Shown piece by piece: positions 41,407 through 51,655 of a stretch of 64,000 bases of DNA. Under the pieces are notes generated by a model that worked only from the letters and a program-made list of their open reading frames with translations, ran no database searches and had not been told where the DNA came from. The stretch lies in contig CAVRIH010000015.1 of NCBI GenBank assembly GCA_963721195.1, positions 70,349 through 134,348 on the forward strand, in the 5' to 3' direction. The number at the start of each line of letters is the position of its first letter. Position 1 is the first letter of the stretch. A program made the position numbers and the translations under genes. This DNA is from an uncultured Actinomycetota bacterium. GTDB taxonomy: Bacteria; Actinomycetota; Actinomycetes; Mycobacteriales; Mycobacteriaceae.

Positions 41407-41499
41407 AAGGGTGAAGTAAACACGGCCAAGGTCTCAGCGGGATTACGAATTGTCACCGGTCCGCGCAGTGATGTCGGGGCCGCTCGATACGCTGCTTTG

Positions 41500-42252
41500 G
41501 TGACTGTGCCCAAGCGCGCCCGCAAAAGAGACGGCGAGACTCGCCTCGGTCTCATACGCCGGGCCCGGCGAATGAATCGCGCGCTGGCACAAGCATTTCC
41601 ACATGTGTACTGCGAGCTGGACTTCACGAATCCGCTGGAGTTGGCCGTCGCGACGATTCTGTCCGCCCAAAGCACGGACAAAGGGGTCAACCTCACCACC
41701 CCCGCGCTGTTCAAGAAGTACCGGACCGCACTGGACTACGCGCAGGCCGACCGCGCGGAGCTCGAACAAATCGTTCGCCCCACCGGGTTCTATCGAAACA
41801 AGGCGAACTCGTTGATGCGGCTGGGCGCAGAACTCGTGGAGCGCTTCGACGGCCAGGTGCCTTCGACGCTGGAGGAGCTCGTCACGCTGCCCGGCATCGG
41901 CCGCAAGACCGCCAACGTCATCCTGGGAAACGCCTTCGGCGTTCCCGGCATCACCGTCGACACCCACTTCGGCAGGCTCGTCCGGCGCTGGCACTGGACT
42001 ACAGAAGAGGATCCGGTGAAGGTCGAGCACGCGATCGGCGAGCTCATCGAGCGCAGCGAGTGGACCGACCTGAGCCACCGGGTGATCTTTCACGGCCGCC
42101 GCGTCTGCCATGCCCGCAAGCCCGCCTGCGGCGTGTGCGTCCTCGCCAAGGACTGCCCGTCCTTCGGCGCCGGCCCAACCGACCCGCTGACCGCGGCGCC
42201 TCTGGTCAAAGGCCCCGAAACCGACCACCTGCTGGCGTTGGCCGGCCTTTAG
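41500..42252 (+). CDS. nth: Endonuclease III
   Basis: [18 protein letters not shown] Hh[16 protein letters not shown]...C Fe-S; start approximate. Confidence 0.95.
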   Translation: MTVPKRARKRDGETRLGLIRRARRMNRALAQAFPHVYCELDFTNPLELAVATILSAQSTDKGVNLTTPALFKKYRTALDYAQADRAELEQIVRPTGFYRNKANSLMRLGAELVERFDGQVPSTLEELVTLPGIGRKTANVILGNAFGVPGITVDTHFGRLVRRWHWTTEEDPVKVEHAIGELIERSEWTDLSHRVIFHGRRVCHARKPACGVCVLAKDCPSFGAGPTDPLTAAPLVKGPETDHLLALAGL

Positions 42253-42273
42253 CCACCGTCGGACACCGCACTG

Positions 42274-42921
42274 ATGAATACCTCGACCCGGTGGACCGTG
42301 GCGGTGATGGTCGTGGTGGTCGCCCTCGGCACGGCGCTGTGGATCCAGCTCGGCACCGACGAATCCCAGCCGGGTTCGACCGGGCCCGGCGCCTCACGCG
42401 ACCGGCGTGACGCCGACACCGCAGAGGCGCTCGCCGGGCCCCGTGCCCGCGCCGACCTGGCGCCATGTCCGGCCCCTGGCGTAGGGGAAGGCCCCGAGAT
42501 GTTGCGCGGCATCATCTCCGAATGCGCAGGTGACGGGTCGAGCGTCGACGTCGCGAGGGCGGTCGCCGGCCGGACGGTCGTGCTGAACCTATGGGCCTAC
42601 TGGTGTGCGCCGTGCGCTCACGAACTGCCCGCGATGGCCGAGTACCAGCGGCGGGTCGGTCCCGAGGTGACGGTGCTGACCGTGCATCAGGACGAGAACG
42701 AAACGGCGGCACTGCTGCGGCTGGCCGAGCTGGGCGTACACCTGCCTACGCTGCAGGACGGGCGCCGACGAATCGCGGCCGCATTGAAGGTTCCGAACGT
42801 CATGCCAGCGACGGTTGTGCTGCGTTCGGACGGTAGCGTTGCGGCAATCCTGCCGCGGTCCTTCGCCAATGCCGACGAGATTGCGGCTGCGGTAGGGCAG
42901 GAGTTAGGAGAGCCGGGGTGA
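42274..42921 (+). CDS. Membrane-anchored TlpA-like thioredoxin (Rv3673c-like)
   Basis: N-terminal TM, NLWAYWCAPC. Confidence 0.9.
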   Translation: MNTSTRWTVAVMVVVVALGTALWIQLGTDESQPGSTGPGASRDRRDADTAEALAGPRARADLAPCPAPGVGEGPEMLRGIISECAGDGSSVDVARAVAGRTVVLNLWAYWCAPCAHELPAMAEYQRRVGPEVTVLTVHQDENETAALLRLAELGVHLPTLQDGRRRIAAALKVPNVMPATVVLRSDGSVAAILPRSFANADEIAAAVGQELGEPG

Positions 42922-43709
42922 GTTGGGCCAGCGACGGCAACGAGGTCGCTCCCCTCAACGCTGAAGCTGCCCCACCATGGCTCAAGCCCCTGGTTGACAA
43001 CGCCAAGGGCATCAAGCGCGCCTATCGGAGGCGGGTGCCTCCCGAGGTGCTGGCAATGGTGACCGCAGCAAACACCATGGCCGCAGTCACCGGAGAGCGT
43101 CGGGATGCCGCGGTGCTGGTGCTGTTCTCCGGTCCCCAGGAGTCCCAGTCGGGGAGCGTTCCCGACGAAGCTGACCTGCTGGTGACGGTGCGCGCGTCCA
43201 CCCTGCGCCACCACGCCGGGCAAGCCGCATTCCCAGGTGGGGCCGCCGATCCGGGCGATACCGGCCCGGTGCACACCGCCCTGCGCGAGGCAAACGAGGA
43301 GACCGGGATCGACGTGGACCGGTTGCAGCCGCTGGCCACTCTCGATCAGATGTTCATTCCGCCGTCGGGCTTCCACGTCGTGCCGGTGCTCGCGTACTCG
43401 CCCGACCCGGGGCCGGTGGCAGTGGTGGACGAGTCCGAAACAGCGGTTGTGGCCCGTGTGCCGGTCCGCGCGTTCATCAATCCCGAGAACCGAATCATGG
43501 TCTACCGCAAGGAGAACACGCGTCGCGCTGCCGGTCCTGCCTTCCTGCTCAACGAGATGTTGGTGTGGGGGTTCACCGGGCAGGTGGTCTCGGCGATGCT
43601 CGATGTCGCCGGCTGGGCCCAGTCGTGGAACACCGACGACATCCGGGAACTAGAGGACGCAATGGCGCTTGTCGGACACGACGACGACTACGGTGAAGCG
43701 CAACCATGA
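42918..43709 (+). CDS. Nudix CoA pyrophosphatase (Rv3672c-like)
   Basis: LRHHAGQAAFPGG, ALREANEETG, VWGFTG. Confidence 0.9.
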   Translation: MSWASDGNEVAPLNAEAAPPWLKPLVDNAKGIKRAYRRRVPPEVLAMVTAANTMAAVTGERRDAAVLVLFSGPQESQSGSVPDEADLLVTVRASTLRHHAGQAAFPGGAADPGDTGPVHTALREANEETGIDVDRLQPLATLDQMFIPPSGFHVVPVLAYSPDPGPVAVVDESETAVVARVPVRAFINPENRIMVYRKENTRRAAGPAFLLNEMLVWGFTGQVVSAMLDVAGWAQSWNTDDIRELEDAMALVGHDDDYGEAQP

Positions 43710-44893
43710 CATCGTCGCAGTGGCTCGACCTCGCCGTCCTCGCGGTCGCCTTCATCGCCGCCATCTCGGGGTGGCGCTCGGGTGCGCTGGGATCACTGCT
43801 GTCATTTGTCGGAGTGGTGCTCGGAGCGGTGGCCGGTGTGCTGCTGGCTCCGCACGTCGTCGCCAACATCGACGGTCCCCGCACCAAACTGTTCGTGACG
43901 TTGTTCCTGATCCTGGCCCTGGTGGTCGTCGGTGAGATCGCGGGCGTGGTGCTGGGGCGCGCGGTACGCGGCGCCATTCGCAATTCCGGGATGCGGACGC
44001 TGGACTCGACGATCGGAGTGGCTCTGCAGATCGTCGCGGTGCTGGTCGCCGCCTGGATGCTCACCTACCCGTTGCAGACGTCGGATCAGCCCACCCTGGC
44101 CGCGGCCGTGCGGGGCTCGGTGGTGCTCAAGGAGGTCGACGACGTCGCGCCCAAGTGGCTCAGGTCCGTGCCGAACCGGCTATCGGCGCTGCTGGACACC
44201 TCCGGCCTGCCCGACGTCCTGCAACCGTTCGGGCGCACACCTATCGTCGCCGTCGACGCTCCCGACGCTGCGCTGGCCGCCGACCCCGCTGTCGCGGCGA
44301 CGCGGCCGAGCGTGGTGAAGATCCGCGGTGTCGCTCCCGGATGCCAGAAAGTGCTCGAGGGCACCGGATTCGTCGTCGCGCCCAACAGGGTGATGTCGAA
44401 CGCGCACGTTGTCGCGGGTGCGGAAAGTGCCACCGTCGAGGTTGACGGCCGGACATACGACGCTTACGTCGTGTCGTACGATCCGCAGGCAGACATATCG
44501 ATACTCGATGTGCCGGAACTGCCTGCCGCCGCACTGCAGTTCGCGCAGGGCGAGGCCGCGACCGGAACAGACGCCGTCGTGATGGGGTATCCCGGCGGCG
44601 GCGACTTCGTCGCGACGCCGGCCCGCATCCGCGAGACGATCGAACTCAACGGCCCCGATATCTACCGCAGCACCACCGTCACGCGTCAGGTGTATACAGT
44701 CAGAGGTAGTGTGCGACAAGGCAATTCAGGTGGTCCGATGATCGACCGCAGCGGCAAGGTGCTGGGTGTCGTGTTCGGCGCGGCGGTCGACGACGCCGAT
44801 ACCGGCTTCGTGCTGACCGCCGAGGAGGTCGCGCGTCAGCTCGACAATCTCAACAGCACCCAGCGCGTTCCCACCGGCGCCTGCGTCACCTGA
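43706..44893 (+). CDS. marP: Acid-resistance membrane serine protease
   Basis: Four TM helices, SNAHVV, QGNSGGP; Rv3671c synteny. Confidence 0.93.
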   Translation: MTSSQWLDLAVLAVAFIAAISGWRSGALGSLLSFVGVVLGAVAGVLLAPHVVANIDGPRTKLFVTLFLILALVVVGEIAGVVLGRAVRGAIRNSGMRTLDSTIGVALQIVAVLVAAWMLTYPLQTSDQPTLAAAVRGSVVLKEVDDVAPKWLRSVPNRLSALLDTSGLPDVLQPFGRTPIVAVDAPDAALAADPAVAATRPSVVKIRGVAPGCQKVLEGTGFVVAPNRVMSNAHVVAGAESATVEVDGRTYDAYVVSYDPQADISILDVPELPAAALQFAQGEAATGTDAVVMGYPGGGDFVATPARIRETIELNGPDIYRSTTVTRQVYTVRGSVRQGNSGGPMIDRSGKVLGVVFGAAVDDADTGFVLTAEEVARQLDNLNSTQRVPTGACVT

Positions 44894-45844
44894 TCAAGCG
44901 CCGTACACCTGTGTCACGAAGCGCGACAGCTGGTCATTGACCGCGTCCGGCGCTTCTTCGTGGGCGAAATGACCTGCGCCGGCGATGGATACGTATCGGC
45001 CGTGCGGCGCGTAGTGTTGCGTGCGGTACACCGGGTCGGCAAGCACATACGGGTCGGCGTCGCCGCGCAGGTGTAGCACTGGAACGTTGATCGGCCGCCG
45101 CATCGAGCGCATGAACCGCCGCCCTTCACCGCGGAACTGGCTGCGCACGGCCCAGCGCTGATATTCCAGTGCCGAATGCGCCGCCGAGGGAATCTGTATC
45201 GCACGCCGCATGTGAAAGATCGTCTCGGAGAAGTCCTCGGAGGCAACCCATTTCCCGTTCGCTCGGTTGCGGACAAGTTGCTCGAGTTCCTCGCCGCCCC
45301 GGCGCTTCAATGTGTGTTCGGGCCACACCGGCACCTGGTAGCGCAGCATCCACGGCAGCAGCGCCAGGCCCTGGTCACGGCGCGTCAAGGCGGAGGCACG
45401 CAGCGCGACCGGATGCGGCGAGCTGACGACCGCAATCGCCCGGACCATGCGCGGATGCAGCACAGCGGTCGCCCAGCAGACCAGTCCGCCGTCGGCGTGG
45501 CCCACCAGCGTCGCGGCCTTGTGGCCGAGTGCTCGCACCAGCCCGGCGGTGTCGCCGGCCAGGGTCCAACCGTCGTAACCACGTGGTGGTTTGTCGCTGC
45601 CGCCGTAGCCACGCAGATCGACGGCCACCACCCGGGCGCCGGTCAAGCCGCGCAGCTGGTGACGCCACGACCACCAGAACGATCCGAAACCGTGCAGCAG
45701 GATGACCAGGGGCCGTTCCGTGACAGGTATGGATGACGACTCCTGGGATTGCGCCTCCACCACGTGGAAGCGAATTCCGTTGGCGTGCACCTCTAGATGG
45801 TGCCAAGGACCGTCGATGCGGACGACCGACGGATCGGGTGGCAT
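44894..45844 (-). CDS. ephE: Alpha/beta hydrolase, epoxide hydrolase-like (Rv3670-like)
   Basis: LLHGF, DLRGYGGSDKP, GHADGG, GHFAHEE. Confidence 0.85.
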   Translation of the reverse strand: MPPDPSVVRIDGPWHHLEVHANGIRFHVVEAQSQESSSIPVTERPLVILLHGFGSFWWSWRHQLRGLTGARVVAVDLRGYGGSDKPPRGYDGWTLAGDTAGLVRALGHKAATLVGHADGGLVCWATAVLHPRMVRAIAVVSSPHPVALRASALTRRDQGLALLPWMLRYQVPVWPEHTLKRRGGEELEQLVRNRANGKWVASEDFSETIFHMRRAIQIPSAAHSALEYQRWAVRSQFRGEGRRFMRSMRRPINVPVLHLRGDADPYVLADPVYRTQHYAPHGRYVSIAGAGHFAHEEAPDAVNDQLSRFVTQVYGA

Positions 45845-46359
45845 TACCAGCCTGACGGATCTGCGGTCGAGGCCGGCTTTCCGCCGTCGGCCGTCTCGAT
45901 CGCCACGGCGGCCTTGTCATGACCGGGGGTCAGCGCCTCGGGGAGTTCCTTGACCGATTCGATGGTCTTCTGCGGCCCCTTGATGCGGCGCACCTTGAAG
46001 TAACCGAGTAACGCGAAGATCGCGGTGACCACGACCATCACCCCGAACACGATCAGGAACGACGCCCATCGCCACAGCCAGGTGTCGAGCAGTTCGGCGG
46101 CGAAGAAGAAGAAAAAGAAGGTGGAGTAGAACAGCACCACCAGGGCGAGGATGAAGTAGACGCTGCCGGTGAGGCCCTTCTTGACGTCACGGGTGACCTC
46201 GGCCTTGGCCAGCTCCACCTCGGCCCGGACCAGCGTTGACACCTGTGCCGTGGCTTCTTTCACGAGATCGCCGATGGACGGGTCGGGCTTGGGAGCATGC
46301 GGGTCGACCAGTGGTATCGACGTCACGGTGGTCGGCACGCCATTCCTGCGATCGCTCAC
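45844..46359 (-). CDS. Holin-like/YqjE-type membrane protein (Rv3669-like)
   Basis: SIGDLV...LVRAEVELAKAE, two TM helices, PQKTIES. Confidence 0.85.
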   Translation of the reverse strand: MSDRRNGVPTTVTSIPLVDPHAPKPDPSIGDLVKEATAQVSTLVRAEVELAKAEVTRDVKKGLTGSVYFILALVVLFYSTFFFFFFAAELLDTWLWRWASFLIVFGVMVVVTAIFALLGYFKVRRIKGPQKTIESVKELPEALTPGHDKAAVAIETADGGKPASTADPSGW

Positions 46360-46493
46360 GGACATTTCCTCCCGCATTCATGTCGGTCTGCGGTTCATGT
46401 TGCCATGTGGCGTGCGGCCATACGATGCCGCCCGACGTTAGACTGACGCGGTCGAATGGAACGCAGGTCGGGCGTATCGAGGAGGTTCTTCAG

Positions 46494-47207
46494 TTGAGGA
46501 GCAGCGGTCGCTGCCTGCGGATTCCAGTGGTGATCGCCGCCCTGATCGCGATGTTGTGGCCGACGGCCGCGCCCGCCCACGCCCAGGATCCCGTCACGTT
46601 GGGCGGCGGGTCGGGTCTGGTCGTCAACGGTGAGACGTTTTGCACTCTCACCGCGATCGGCAACGACAACCGGGGAAACCTGGTCGGATTCACGTCTGCG
46701 CACTGCGGTGGTCCCGGTGCGCAGGTAGCCGCAGAGGGTGCTGAAAACGCCGGTGTCGTCGGCACGATGGTGGCAGGCAACGATGCCCTCGACTACGCGG
46801 TCATTCAGTTCGACCGGCAGAAGGTGCGCCCGGTCAACAACGTCGACGGATTCCAGATCGACGGACTCGGCCCCGACCCGGTCGTCGGCGACGTCGCGTG
46901 CAAACTGGGCCGCACCACCGGCTACTCCTGCGGTATCACCTGGGGGCCGGGCGATGAACCGGGCACCTTCATCAACCAGGTGTGCGGTCAGCCGGGAGAC
47001 TCCGGTGCCCCGGTGACAGTCAACAATCGGCTGGTGGGCATGATCCACGGGGCGTTCTCAGAAGAACTTCCCACCTGCATCGTCAAGTACATCCCGCTGC
47101 ATACACCGGCGGTGAACATGTCGTTCAACACGCAACTGGCCGACATCGTCGCCAAGAACCGGCCCGGCTCCGGCTTCGTCCCGATCGGCGCCGTCCCTGC
47201 GGCCTGA
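46494..47207 (+). CDS. Secreted S1 serine protease (Rv3668c-like)
   Basis: Signal peptide, TSAHC, DYAVI, CKLGRTTG, GDSGAP; GAGGAGG RBS before TTG. Confidence 0.9.
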   Translation: MRSSGRCLRIPVVIAALIAMLWPTAAPAHAQDPVTLGGGSGLVVNGETFCTLTAIGNDNRGNLVGFTSAHCGGPGAQVAAEGAENAGVVGTMVAGNDALDYAVIQFDRQKVRPVNNVDGFQIDGLGPDPVVGDVACKLGRTTGYSCGITWGPGDEPGTFINQVCGQPGDSGAPVTVNNRLVGMIHGAFSEELPTCIVKYIPLHTPAVNMSFNTQLADIVAKNRPGSGFVPIGAVPAA

Positions 47208-47219
47208 TCGGCTTTGACA

Positions 47220-47254
47220 GGTTGATCGCACGCACCACGTGCCTGCGATCAACC
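47220..47254. terminator. Hairpin between convergent protease and acs genes
   Basis: GGTTGATCGCA...TGCGATCAACC. Confidence 0.65.
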
Positions 47255-47282
47255 CCTCAAGACGTCGGCAGAGTCGCCGGAG

Positions 47283-49232
47283 CTACTTGCTCGCCCGGAT
47301 CGCCTCAAACACGCTGGGGTCCACCAGAGTTGAGGTGTCGCCAAGTTCACGACCCTCGGCGACATCGCGCAGCAGCCTGCGCATGATCTTTCCGCTACGA
47401 GTCTTGGGCAGTTCGGGCACGACGTGAATCTCCCGCGGCCTGGCGATCTTGCCGATCTCCTTGGCGACCTGCTCGCGCAACACGTCGACCATCTCGTCGC
47501 CGCTGTCCTTGGCGTGCGATTCGAGGATGACGAACGCGCAGATGCCCTGACCGGTCGCCTCGTCGGAGGCTCCGACGACAGCCGCCTCGGCCACCCCGGA
47601 GTGACCGACAAGCGCCGACTCCACCTCGGTGGTCGAAATCCGGTGTCCCGAAACGTTCATCACATCGTCGATGCGGCCCAGCAGCCAGATCGACCCGTCG
47701 GAGTCGACCCTGGCGCCGTCGCCCGCGAAGTACCACCCCTGTTCGGCGTATCGCGACCAGTACGTATCGATATACCGCTGCGGATCGCCCCAGATGCCGC
47801 GCAGCATCGACGGCCACGGTTGATCCAGTACGAGGTAACCCGTCACATGCTCCGCCTCGTCGGCGCCGGGCACCAGTTCGTGTCCCTCCTCGTCGACGAT
47901 CTTCGCCGAGATGCCTGGCAGCGGCTTCATCGCAGAGCCGGGTTTGGCCTCGGTGACGCCGGGCAGCGGCGAGATCATTATCGATCCGGTCTCGGTCTGC
48001 CACCACGTGTCGACGACCGGAGTCTTGTTGCCGCCGAAGGCATCCCGATACCACCGCCACGCCTCCGGGTTGATCGGCTCGCCGACGGAGCCGAGCAGGC
48101 GCAGGCTGGACAGATCGTGGGCGTCGGGGTACTCGCGGCCCCACTTCATGAACATGCGGATCAATGTCGGCGCCGTGTAATAGATGGTGACGCCGTACTT
48201 TTCGATGATCTCGAAGTGGCGATGTTCGTTGGGGGAGGCCGGGGTGCCTTCGTAGACGACCTGCGTCGCGCCGTTGGACAGCGGCCCGTAGACGATATAG
48301 GTGTGGCCCGTTACCCAGCCGATGTCGGCGGTGCACCAGTACACATCGGTCTCCGGCTTGATGTCGAAGACGTTGTTGTGCGTGAACGACGTCTGGGTCA
48401 GGAACCCGCCGGACGTGTGCATGATGCCCTTGGGCTTACCGGTGGTTCCGGACGTGTACAGCAGGAACAGCGGATGTTCGGAGTCGAACGCCTCGGGCGT
48501 GTGCTCCGGTGATGCCGACTCGACGGTGTCGTGCCACCACAGGTCGCGATCCTCGGTCCAGGGTGTGTCAATCCCGGTGCGGCGCACCACAAGAACGTGT
48601 TCTACGGACTCCTGGCCCTTGCAGGCCTCGTCCACAGACTCCTTCAGCGACACCGCCTGGCCGCGGCGGTACTGCCCGTCGCTGGTGATGACCAGCTTGG
48701 CTTCGGCGTCCTCGATTCGGGCCGCCAGTGCGGTCGCCGAGAAACCTGCGAAGACGACCGAGTGCATGATGCCAAGGCGCGCGCAGGCCAGCATGGCGAC
48801 GATCGCCTCGGGCAGCATCGGCATATAAATGGCGACCCGGTCCCCTGCGACGAGGCCAAGATCGGTGAGTGCGTTGGCTGCCTTGCACACGTCGGCCTGC
48901 AACTGCGCATAGGTGATCACCCGGGTGTCGTCGACCGGTTCACCCTGCCAGTGGATCGCGACCCGGTCACCGTTTCCTGCCTCGACGTGGCGGTCGGCGC
49001 AGTTGTAGGCGACGTTGAGTTTGCCGCCGACGAACCACTTGGCGAATGGAGCCTCCGACCAGTCCAGCACCTGCGTGAACGGGGTCTGCCACGCCAGTCG
49101 CTCGGCCTGCTTCGCCCAGAACGCCAGCCGGTCGGCTTCGGCTTCGGCGTACATCTCCTCGGTCGCATTCGCCTGCGCGGCGAATTCTTTGGAGGGTGGG
49201 TAGACGGACGGAACTATTTGCGTCTCGGACAT
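47283..49232 (-). CDS. acs: Acetyl-CoA synthetase
   Basis: YTSGTTGKPKG, DTWWQTETG, PKTRSGKIMRR. Confidence 0.97.
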   Translation of the reverse strand: MSETQIVPSVYPPSKEFAAQANATEEMYAEAEADRLAFWAKQAERLAWQTPFTQVLDWSEAPFAKWFVGGKLNVAYNCADRHVEAGNGDRVAIHWQGEPVDDTRVITYAQLQADVCKAANALTDLGLVAGDRVAIYMPMLPEAIVAMLACARLGIMHSVVFAGFSATALAARIEDAEAKLVITSDGQYRRGQAVSLKESVDEACKGQESVEHVLVVRRTGIDTPWTEDRDLWWHDTVESASPEHTPEAFDSEHPLFLLYTSGTTGKPKGIMHTSGGFLTQTSFTHNNVFDIKPETDVYWCTADIGWVTGHTYIVYGPLSNGATQVVYEGTPASPNEHRHFEIIEKYGVTIYYTAPTLIRMFMKWGREYPDAHDLSSLRLLGSVGEPINPEAWRWYRDAFGGNKTPVVDTWWQTETGSIMISPLPGVTEAKPGSAMKPLPGISAKIVDEEGHELVPGADEAEHVTGYLVLDQPWPSMLRGIWGDPQRYIDTYWSRYAEQGWYFAGDGARVDSDGSIWLLGRIDDVMNVSGHRISTTEVESALVGHSGVAEAAVVGASDEATGQGICAFVILESHAKDSGDEMVDVLREQVAKEIGKIARPREIHVVPELPKTRSGKIMRRLLRDVAEGRELGDTSTLVDPSVFEAIRASK

Positions 49233-49358
49233 ATCTGTGAGCGTAGTCACCGGAGGTTGCATCGAGGTTGGCAAGTCACAGCGCTCGCTGCGGGCGGCAC
49301 AAGGTGCGCGCCGAACGTCACGACCGGCGGGCCCAGCGGTCGGCTAGCGTGTGCTGGC

Positions 49359-50162
49359 GTGACCGCCGCCGACCCATTGGCCCCGCTGGCCCGGCTACCC
49401 GGGGTGGCCGAAGCCAGTGCGGAAGCCGGTGAGGCGCTAGGACGTGCCCACCGGCACCGGGCCAACCTACGCGGGTGGCCGGCGAACGCCGCCGAGGCGG
49501 CATTGCGTGCGGCGCGGGCGTCGTCCGTTCTGGACGGCGGCTCCCTGCAGTTATCCGACGCGGGCCCCGATCCGATCCTCGCCGGAGCCTTGCGCGTTTC
49601 AGAGGCGCTGGAGGGTGGTGCGACGTCATTAGTCGGTGTCTGGCAACGCGCCCCGCTGCAAGCCATCGCGAGGCTGCATGCGCTGGCGGCCGCCGATATC
49701 GCCGACGACGACGGACTGGGCCGGCCGCGCCCGGACACAGACGTCGCCCGTCGTCTTGAACTATTGGCGGCCGTCGTGACCGGTGGCACCACCGGGCCCA
49801 TGCGAAGCCGGGAAGTGCCCGCGCCGGTGCTCGCCGCCGTCGTGCACGGTGAACTCCTGACGCTGGCCCCATTCGGCACCGCCGACGGAGTGGTGGCGCG
49901 GGCAGTTTCGCGACTGGTGACCATCGCGAGCGGATTGGACCCGCACGGACTCGGCGTGCCCGAGGTGTATTGGATGCGCCAGTCTGGCGACTACCGCGCT
50001 GCTGCGCGCGGCTTCTCGTCGGGCACGCACGACGGCCTCACCGCCTGGGTTCTGATGAGTTGTCGTGCCCTGCACGCCGGTGCGCGGGAGGCGCTGTCCA
50101 TCGCGCAGGGCAGCGTCGGAGAGGGCCCCCAGCAAAGTAAAGCGGGCGACGCTCCGAACTAA
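49359..50162 (+). CDS. Degenerate Fic/Fido-like protein (Rv3662c-like)
   Basis: ARASSVLDG, VHGELLTLAPFGTADGVVAR (degenerate HPFxxGNGR). Confidence 0.8.
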   Translation: MTAADPLAPLARLPGVAEASAEAGEALGRAHRHRANLRGWPANAAEAALRAARASSVLDGGSLQLSDAGPDPILAGALRVSEALEGGATSLVGVWQRAPLQAIARLHALAAADIADDDGLGRPRPDTDVARRLELLAAVVTGGTTGPMRSREVPAPVLAAVVHGELLTLAPFGTADGVVARAVSRLVTIASGLDPHGLGVPEVYWMRQSGDYRAAARGFSSGTHDGLTAWVLMSCRALHAGAREALSIAQGSVGEGPQQSKAGDAPN

Positions 50163-50436
50163 TTCGGCTCGCCGCCCGCTAGCACGGACTCCGGTTACCA
50201 TGCGTGCTCTGGTTGGTTGCGTGGGTGACCTCGGCGTCTTGTCGATGCGCTTCGGTTGCAACCCCACCCAAGGGGCCGTCGTGACCGTCCGCTTTCGCAA
50301 TTACGCAGGCCCGCAACACTTTTGCCTATTCCGCGGCATGTGCTCCGCGTGGGTGCCGGGATCCGTGCTGGGGAGCCTGGTTTGGGAGATCCGAGCCTTC
50401 TCTTCCGGCTCGGCCTTGGCCTAACCAAGCTTCCGT
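50138..50436 (-). ncRNA. Ms1: Ms1 (MTS2823-type) RNA polymerase-binding RNA
   Basis: Reverse strand ACGGAAGCTTGG...GGAAGAGAAGGC...CACCCACGCGGAGC...GAATAGGCAAAAGTGTTGCG, ending in GC hairpin plus T tract; between Rv3661 and Rv3662c orthologues. Confidence 0.92.
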
Positions 50437-50442
50437 GACTCC

Positions 50443-50471
50443 TTTGTACTCCGTGACCGCGGTCACAGCAA
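50443..50471 (-). promoter_or_regulatory. Ms1 promoter with CRP-like palindrome in the spacer
   Basis: TTGCTG-N17-TACAAA; CGTGA-CCGCGG-TCACA at 50452-50467. Confidence 0.6.
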
Positions 50472-50541
50472 GGGGCAAATTCGGCGTGACTCCAGATCGT
50501 TACGCGGGTGCTCGCCAACGCCCCGGAGCGGTCGCACCGAA

Positions 50542-51399
50542 TCAGAGAGCGAAGCGACGCAACAACGAGTACGTCAGAGCACCGGCGGCCAGGGCGCTCA
50601 CGCCGACCGCGGCCGTGGTTGCCATGGCGGCTCCGGACGGCGCCGGGATGCGGTCGCGCAACGACACCGGCCTCGAGAACGCGAGCACCGGCCAACCCCG
50701 CGCCGCGGCTTCTTTGCGCAATGTGCGATCCGGGTTTACCACGGTCGGATGTCCGACCACCTCCAGCATCGGCACATCAGTGATCGAGTCGGAGTAGGCG
50801 TAGCAGTGCTCGAGGGCATATCCCTCACGAGTGGCGAGCTCGCGGATCGCCTCCACCTTGCCCTCGCCATAGCAGTAGAACGCGATTTCGCCGGTGTACT
50901 TGCCGCCGTCAACGACCATCCGGGTGGCCATCGCATGGGTGGCCCCGAGTGCTCGGGCGATCGGAGCAACAATCTCCTCGCCAGAGGCGGAAACCACGAC
51001 GACATCCCGGCCACACAGCTTGTGATCGGCAATGAGTTCGGCCGCCTCGGCAAACACGAGTGGGTTGACGACTTCGTGCAGGGTCTCCCCGACGATCGAC
51101 TTCACCTGCTCGACGTCCCACCCGGTGCACATGTTGGTCAGATATGACCTCATCCGGTCCATCTGATCGTGGTCGGCGCCCGACATCAGGAACAGGAACT
51201 GTGCGTAGGCAGACTTCAATACCGCTCGCCGATTGATTAGCCCTTGATCGAAGAAAGGTTTGCTGAAAGCCAAAGTGCTCGACTTCGCGATGACCGTCTT
51301 ATCAAGATCGAAGAAGGCGGCGGTGCGGACGGGCCGAGCGGCCGGCGGCATGATTGGCGGCTCATTGGCCCCCGCCGTCGGAGGGTGCGATGCGGCCAC
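50542..51399 (-). CDS. HAD-IB family hydrolase (Rv3661-like)
   Basis: FFDLDKT, VVSAS, YSDSITD, VNPD. Confidence 0.92.
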   Translation of the reverse strand: MAASHPPTAGANEPPIMPPAARPVRTAAFFDLDKTVIAKSSTLAFSKPFFDQGLINRRAVLKSAYAQFLFLMSGADHDQMDRMRSYLTNMCTGWDVEQVKSIVGETLHEVVNPLVFAEAAELIADHKLCGRDVVVVSASGEEIVAPIARALGATHAMATRMVVDGGKYTGEIAFYCYGEGKVEAIRELATREGYALEHCYAYSDSITDVPMLEVVGHPTVVNPDRTLRKEAAARGWPVLAFSRPVSLRDRIPAPSGAAMATTAAVGVSALAAGALTYSLLRRFAL

Positions 51400-51559
51400 A
51401 GCACCAGCATAGGGGCGTGCCCCCGATCGGAGTCGAGAGACTGTACGAAATGACAGTCCACGACAGGTGTCGGTGACTGCATTTTTCCTGCTACAACCCC
51501 GCTTTCTAATCGCCAGCGGCACTTGCGCCCATCCGTGCCGGCGTGTGTATAGTGAGTGT

Positions 51560-51655
51560 TACTCGGCTTATGCCGGGTGTGCATCAGCCCGACCCCCCGG
51601 GGCTGATACACGACGACCTCCGCCTCCTCCCCCCCTGGCGGGGGTCGTCTCTTTT
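51560..51655 (+). ncRNA. 6C: 6C RNA (B11-type)
   Basis: Two C-rich-loop hairpins (ATCAGCCC-GACCCCCC-GGGGCTGAT; GACGACCTCCGCC-TCCTCCCCCCT-GGCGGGGGTCGTC), T tract, upstream TATAGT -10 (51548-51553); ends approximate. Confidence 0.92.

Noticed and set aside
45844-46359. Holin-like gene as prophage evidence
   Set aside because: Conserved core gene in syntenic position with no phage genes nearby
50195-50797. Several ORFs across the Ms1 region
   Set aside because: The region is explained by Ms1, its promoter and the HAD gene end; the translations lack protein-like features
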